Below, piece after piece: positions 38,643-40,350 of a DNA stretch of 40,350 nucleotides. A model generated the notes under the pieces. The model was given only the letters and a program-made list of their open reading frames with translations. It ran no database searches and was not told the DNA's origin. Source of the DNA: a virus; the IMG/VR virus record IMGVR_UViG_3300045988_141150; one strand, 5' to 3'. The translations under genes were made by a program, and so were the position numbers. Position 1 is the first letter of the stretch. Every line of letters starts with the position of its first letter.

Positions 38643-38667
38643 CATTTTATAAAAAATATTATATAAT
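38639..38667 (+). promoter_or_regulatory. Family-A promoter: TTGACA, a 17-nt spacer, TATAAT.
   Basis: It matches the motif. Confidence 0.6.
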
Positions 38668-38726
38668 ATTTATATAAGATGAGGAAAGAAAAAAGAAAAT
38701 AAAAAACTTTGGGTAAAAGAGAAAAG

Positions 38727-38755
38727 TTGATTTTTTAAAAAAAATATAATATAAT
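38727..38755 (+). promoter_or_regulatory. Family-A promoter: TTGATT, a 17-nt spacer, TATAAT.
   Basis: It matches the motif. It drives the interrupted tRNA. Confidence 0.6.
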
Positions 38756-38794
38756 AAATATATAAAGTAAGGATTTTAAAAGTCCTTCTTTTAT

Positions 38795-39342
38795 GGGAGT
38801 GTAGCTCAGTTGGTTAGAGCACGCGGCTGTTTACTTGACCTTATCATTTTCTTATAAAAAAATGAAATGAATAGTAAACAAAAAGGTAATATTACCGAGC
38901 TTGAAACAATGTTAGCATTTATGAAACTTGGTTATAATGTTCTTACTCCTTACGGAGATTGTGAGCGTTATGATTTTGTGGTTGATGTAAATGGTAAATT
39001 TATTAGAATTCAAGCTAAAACATCGCGAACCGAAGATGAAGGAGCTTCTTTTATTTTTTCTGGTAGAAGTTGCCATAGAAAAGATGGAAGAATAGTTCAT
39101 CATCAATATACTAACGAAGAAATTGATTACTTCGTAACTACTTTTAATGGAAAATGTTATTTGATTCCAGTGGAAGAGTGCGGAGCAGATAAAAGACTTC
39201 GTATTCTTCCACCTAAAAACAATCAAGTAAGAGGTATTACTTGGGCGAAAGATTATGAGTTGGAGGAAGTAGTAAGAAAATGGTAAGCTGATGTGTAAGC
39301 AACCGCGGTTTGTCGTGAGTTCGAGTCTCTCCTCTCCCGCCA
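38795..39342 (+). tRNA. Interrupted tRNA gene, tRNA-Asp-like with an inferred anticodon GUC. The 5' half is 38795..38830 and the 3' half is 39300..39342. A 469-bp insertion in the anticodon loop separates them.
   Basis: The 5' half reads GGGAGTG-TA-GCTCAGTTGGTTAGAGC-A-CGCGG-CTGT. The 3' half reads CAA-CCGCG-GTTTGTC-GTGAG-TTCGAGT-CTCTC-CTCTCCC-G-CCA. The anticodon stem CGCGG pairs with CCGCG perfectly. The acceptor stem pairs 6 of 7. The D loop resembles tRNA-Asp. Confidence 0.55.
38867..39286 (+). CDS. PD-(D/E)xK nuclease of 139 aa encoded inside the tRNA insertion. It resembles Hjc and I-Ssp6803I and is a candidate homing endonuclease.
   Basis: The ORF is in the track. The motifs ELETML (E), GDCERYDFVVDV (D) and IRIQAKTS (Q/E-x-K) occur in the order and spacing of the Hjc / I-Ssp6803I fold. 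Confidence 0.55.
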   Translation: MNSKQKGNITELETMLAFMKLGYNVLTPYGDCERYDFVVDVNGKFIRIQAKTSRTEDEGASFIFSGRSCHRKDGRIVHHQYTNEEIDYFVTTFNGKCYLIPVEECGADKRLRILPPKNNQVRGITWAKDYELEEVVRKW

Positions 39343-39582
39343 TTGGGGCGTTAACACGGATTTTGTAAGTTTAAACTACCACCGATCGAAAGAGTATGTG
39401 GCTTGCGGAAAACGCCCGACTAAATATAAGGAAGCGAAGTAAAACTTATTGTGAAATAGTAGCTATACTCACATTAATCAAGGCTATGGGTTCTGGGAAT
39501 CCAAAAGAGTAAAAGTTGGTTCGAGTCCTAACGATTGACGAAGTTCGAATCTTCGCGATGTGGGTTATAAAACTCTTTATTT
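39343..39582 (+). ncRNA. Structured non-coding region with tRNA-like fragments of uncertain nature.
   Basis: It contains the long-range helix GGGGCGTT...AACGCCC at 39346 and 39411. It also holds two T-arm-like motifs, GTTGG-TTCGAGT-CCTAAC and CGAAG-TTCGAAT-CTTCG, but I cannot fold a complete canonical tRNA. Confidence 0.3.
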
Positions 39583-39659
39583 GCTGGTGTAGCCGAATTG
39601 GCATAGGCGAATGATTTAGGATCATTAATCTGAAGGTTCGAGTCCTTTCTCCAGCACCA
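39583..39659 (+). tRNA. Class-I tRNA with a short variable loop and anticodon UAG. The anticodon would read CUN codons as Leu, but amino-acid identity is uncertain.
   Basis: The acceptor stem GCTGGTG pairs with CTCCAGC 6 of 7. The anticodon arm is AATGA-TTTAGGA-TCATT. The T arm is GAAGG-TTCGAGT-CCTTT. The discriminator is A, CCA is encoded, and the variable loop is 5 nt. Confidence 0.6.
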
Positions 39660-39746
39660 GTCCCTCCCTGGGAATGCGTTGAAGGCTTGCGAACTTTGAA
39701 CGCAGGTGGTTGGCAACTCCATCTATACATAAATAAGTTGCGTTTT

Positions 39747-39825
39747 GGGCTTCGGGACTGCATGGCGTGGTCGTCTGTCTTGCACACAGAAAATCAGGTG
39801 AGTTCGATTCTCACGAGGTCCACCA
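39747..39825 (+). tRNA. tRNA-Ala with anticodon UGC.
   Basis: The acceptor stem is GGGCTTC with GAGGTCC and includes a G3:U70 pair. The anticodon arm is TCTGT-CTTGCAC-ACAGA. The T arm is GTGAG-TTCGATT-CTCAC. CCA is encoded. Confidence 0.6.
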
Positions 39826-40225
39826 TTATATGGTTATATGGTGTAAAGAGTAAGCACGGCGGTTAAATAAACCGCAAATTTAGGAGCATTGCCTAATATA
39901 ACCGATTATATGATTGGTGATAAAAGCAGCCAGAAATATTATCTTATTAATTAAAACTTAATACAATATACTAAACGATATAATAGATAAGGTATATTAA
40001 TAAAATTTATATACAATAAGATAATATATACAAAATGCTAATAGTGATTTTGGTTCCAGCGCTAGGAAAGTTTTTCCCACTACGAAGAGAAAATTTGAAG
40101 AGTTAGCGTAGTCTTGATAATTATGTCTTAAATAATTATCCCTTTTTGGCTCATAACCTTTTTTTGGATAAAAAATTATATTATATTTACCGTGATGCCG
40201 CGGAGGGACGGCCGCCCTAAAGTGC

Positions 40226-40350
40226 GATTAAGATTAGAAAGAAGTTGGAAGATCTTCTTAAAACTTCCATTAGATTAGAAAGAAGTTGGAAGATCTTCTT
40301 AAAACTTCCATTAGATTAGAAAGAAGTTGGAAGATCTTCTTAAAACTTCC
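40226..40350. repeat. 41-bp direct tandem repeat, ATTAGATTAGAAAGAAGTTGGAAGATCTTCTTAAAACTTCC, present in at least three copies and running off the window end.
   Basis: Copies sit at 40226, 40269 and 40310. Each unit contains the nested inverted repeats GAAGTT..AACTTC and GAAGATCTTC. Confidence 0.8.

Noticed and set aside
38831-39299. Canonical self-splicing group I intron in the tRNA.
   Set aside because: Only 36 nt and 13 nt flank the 420-nt ORF, which is too little for P1 to P9. It is kept as an unresolved insertion or intron instead.
39343-39420. A tmRNA or complete tRNA beginning GGGGCGTT.
   Set aside because: The 5' GGGGCG pairs with a sequence only 65 nt downstream, not with a 3' acceptor strand. 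There is no T loop inside, and the length fits no cloverleaf arrangement.
39446-39787. Minus-strand ORFs of 113 aa and 64 aa over the tRNA cluster.
   Set aside because: They are antisense to three tRNA genes and spurious.
40226-40350. Possible CRISPR array.
   Set aside because: The repeats are directly abutting 41-mers with no spacers, so this is a tandem repeat and not a CRISPR array.

Overview
This window looks like part of an AT-rich double-stranded DNA phage genome, probably a crAss-like or similar phage of an AT-rich host; that assignment is inference.

The region from about 4.8 to 24.6 kb is a dense plus-strand array of roughly 55 small to medium genes read in the standard genetic code. 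They are grouped into operons. About 15 copies of one sigma70-like promoter motif punctuate the array, with the form TTGAyt, a 17-nt A/T spacer, TATAAT, then ATATATAGAAAGTTAAGAAAGG and an RBS. Rho-independent terminators close the operons.

The region from about 24.6 to 38.1 kb on the plus strand, and a minus-strand block at 3.36 to 4.47 kb, is readable only if TAG is treated as a sense codon. There, long open frames are interrupted solely by in-frame TAG and end in TAA or TGA. I read this as amber recoding of the late genes. No CUA-anticodon suppressor tRNA is visible in the window.

The recoded block begins with what looks like a RiPP-type peptide-modification locus:
- a gene with about 12 tandem Tyr/Ser/Asn-rich 11-residue repeats, a possible multi-core precursor
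- three radical SAM proteins, at least one carrying a SPASM-type Cys cluster
- a GT2 glycosyltransferase domain
- a YcaO-domain protein

Two paralogous glycine-rich tail-fibre-like proteins follow.

Downstream is a small promoter-driven tRNA cluster holding tRNA-Trp(CCA), a class-I tRNA with anticodon UAG, and tRNA-Ala(UGC). It also contains a tRNA-Asp-like gene split in the anticodon loop by a 469-bp insertion that encodes a PD-(D/E)xK nuclease resembling Hjc and I-Ssp6803I.

Other notable structures:
- a second promoter family at 0.67 to 1.26 kb, each copy followed by a GC-rich hairpin
- an array of six GGAAC-N4/5-GTTCC palindromes at 3.14 to 3.38 kb
- three or more 41-bp tandem repeats at the right end of the window

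Coordinates I derived by hand, rather than taken from the ORF track, may be off by 1 to 2 nt.
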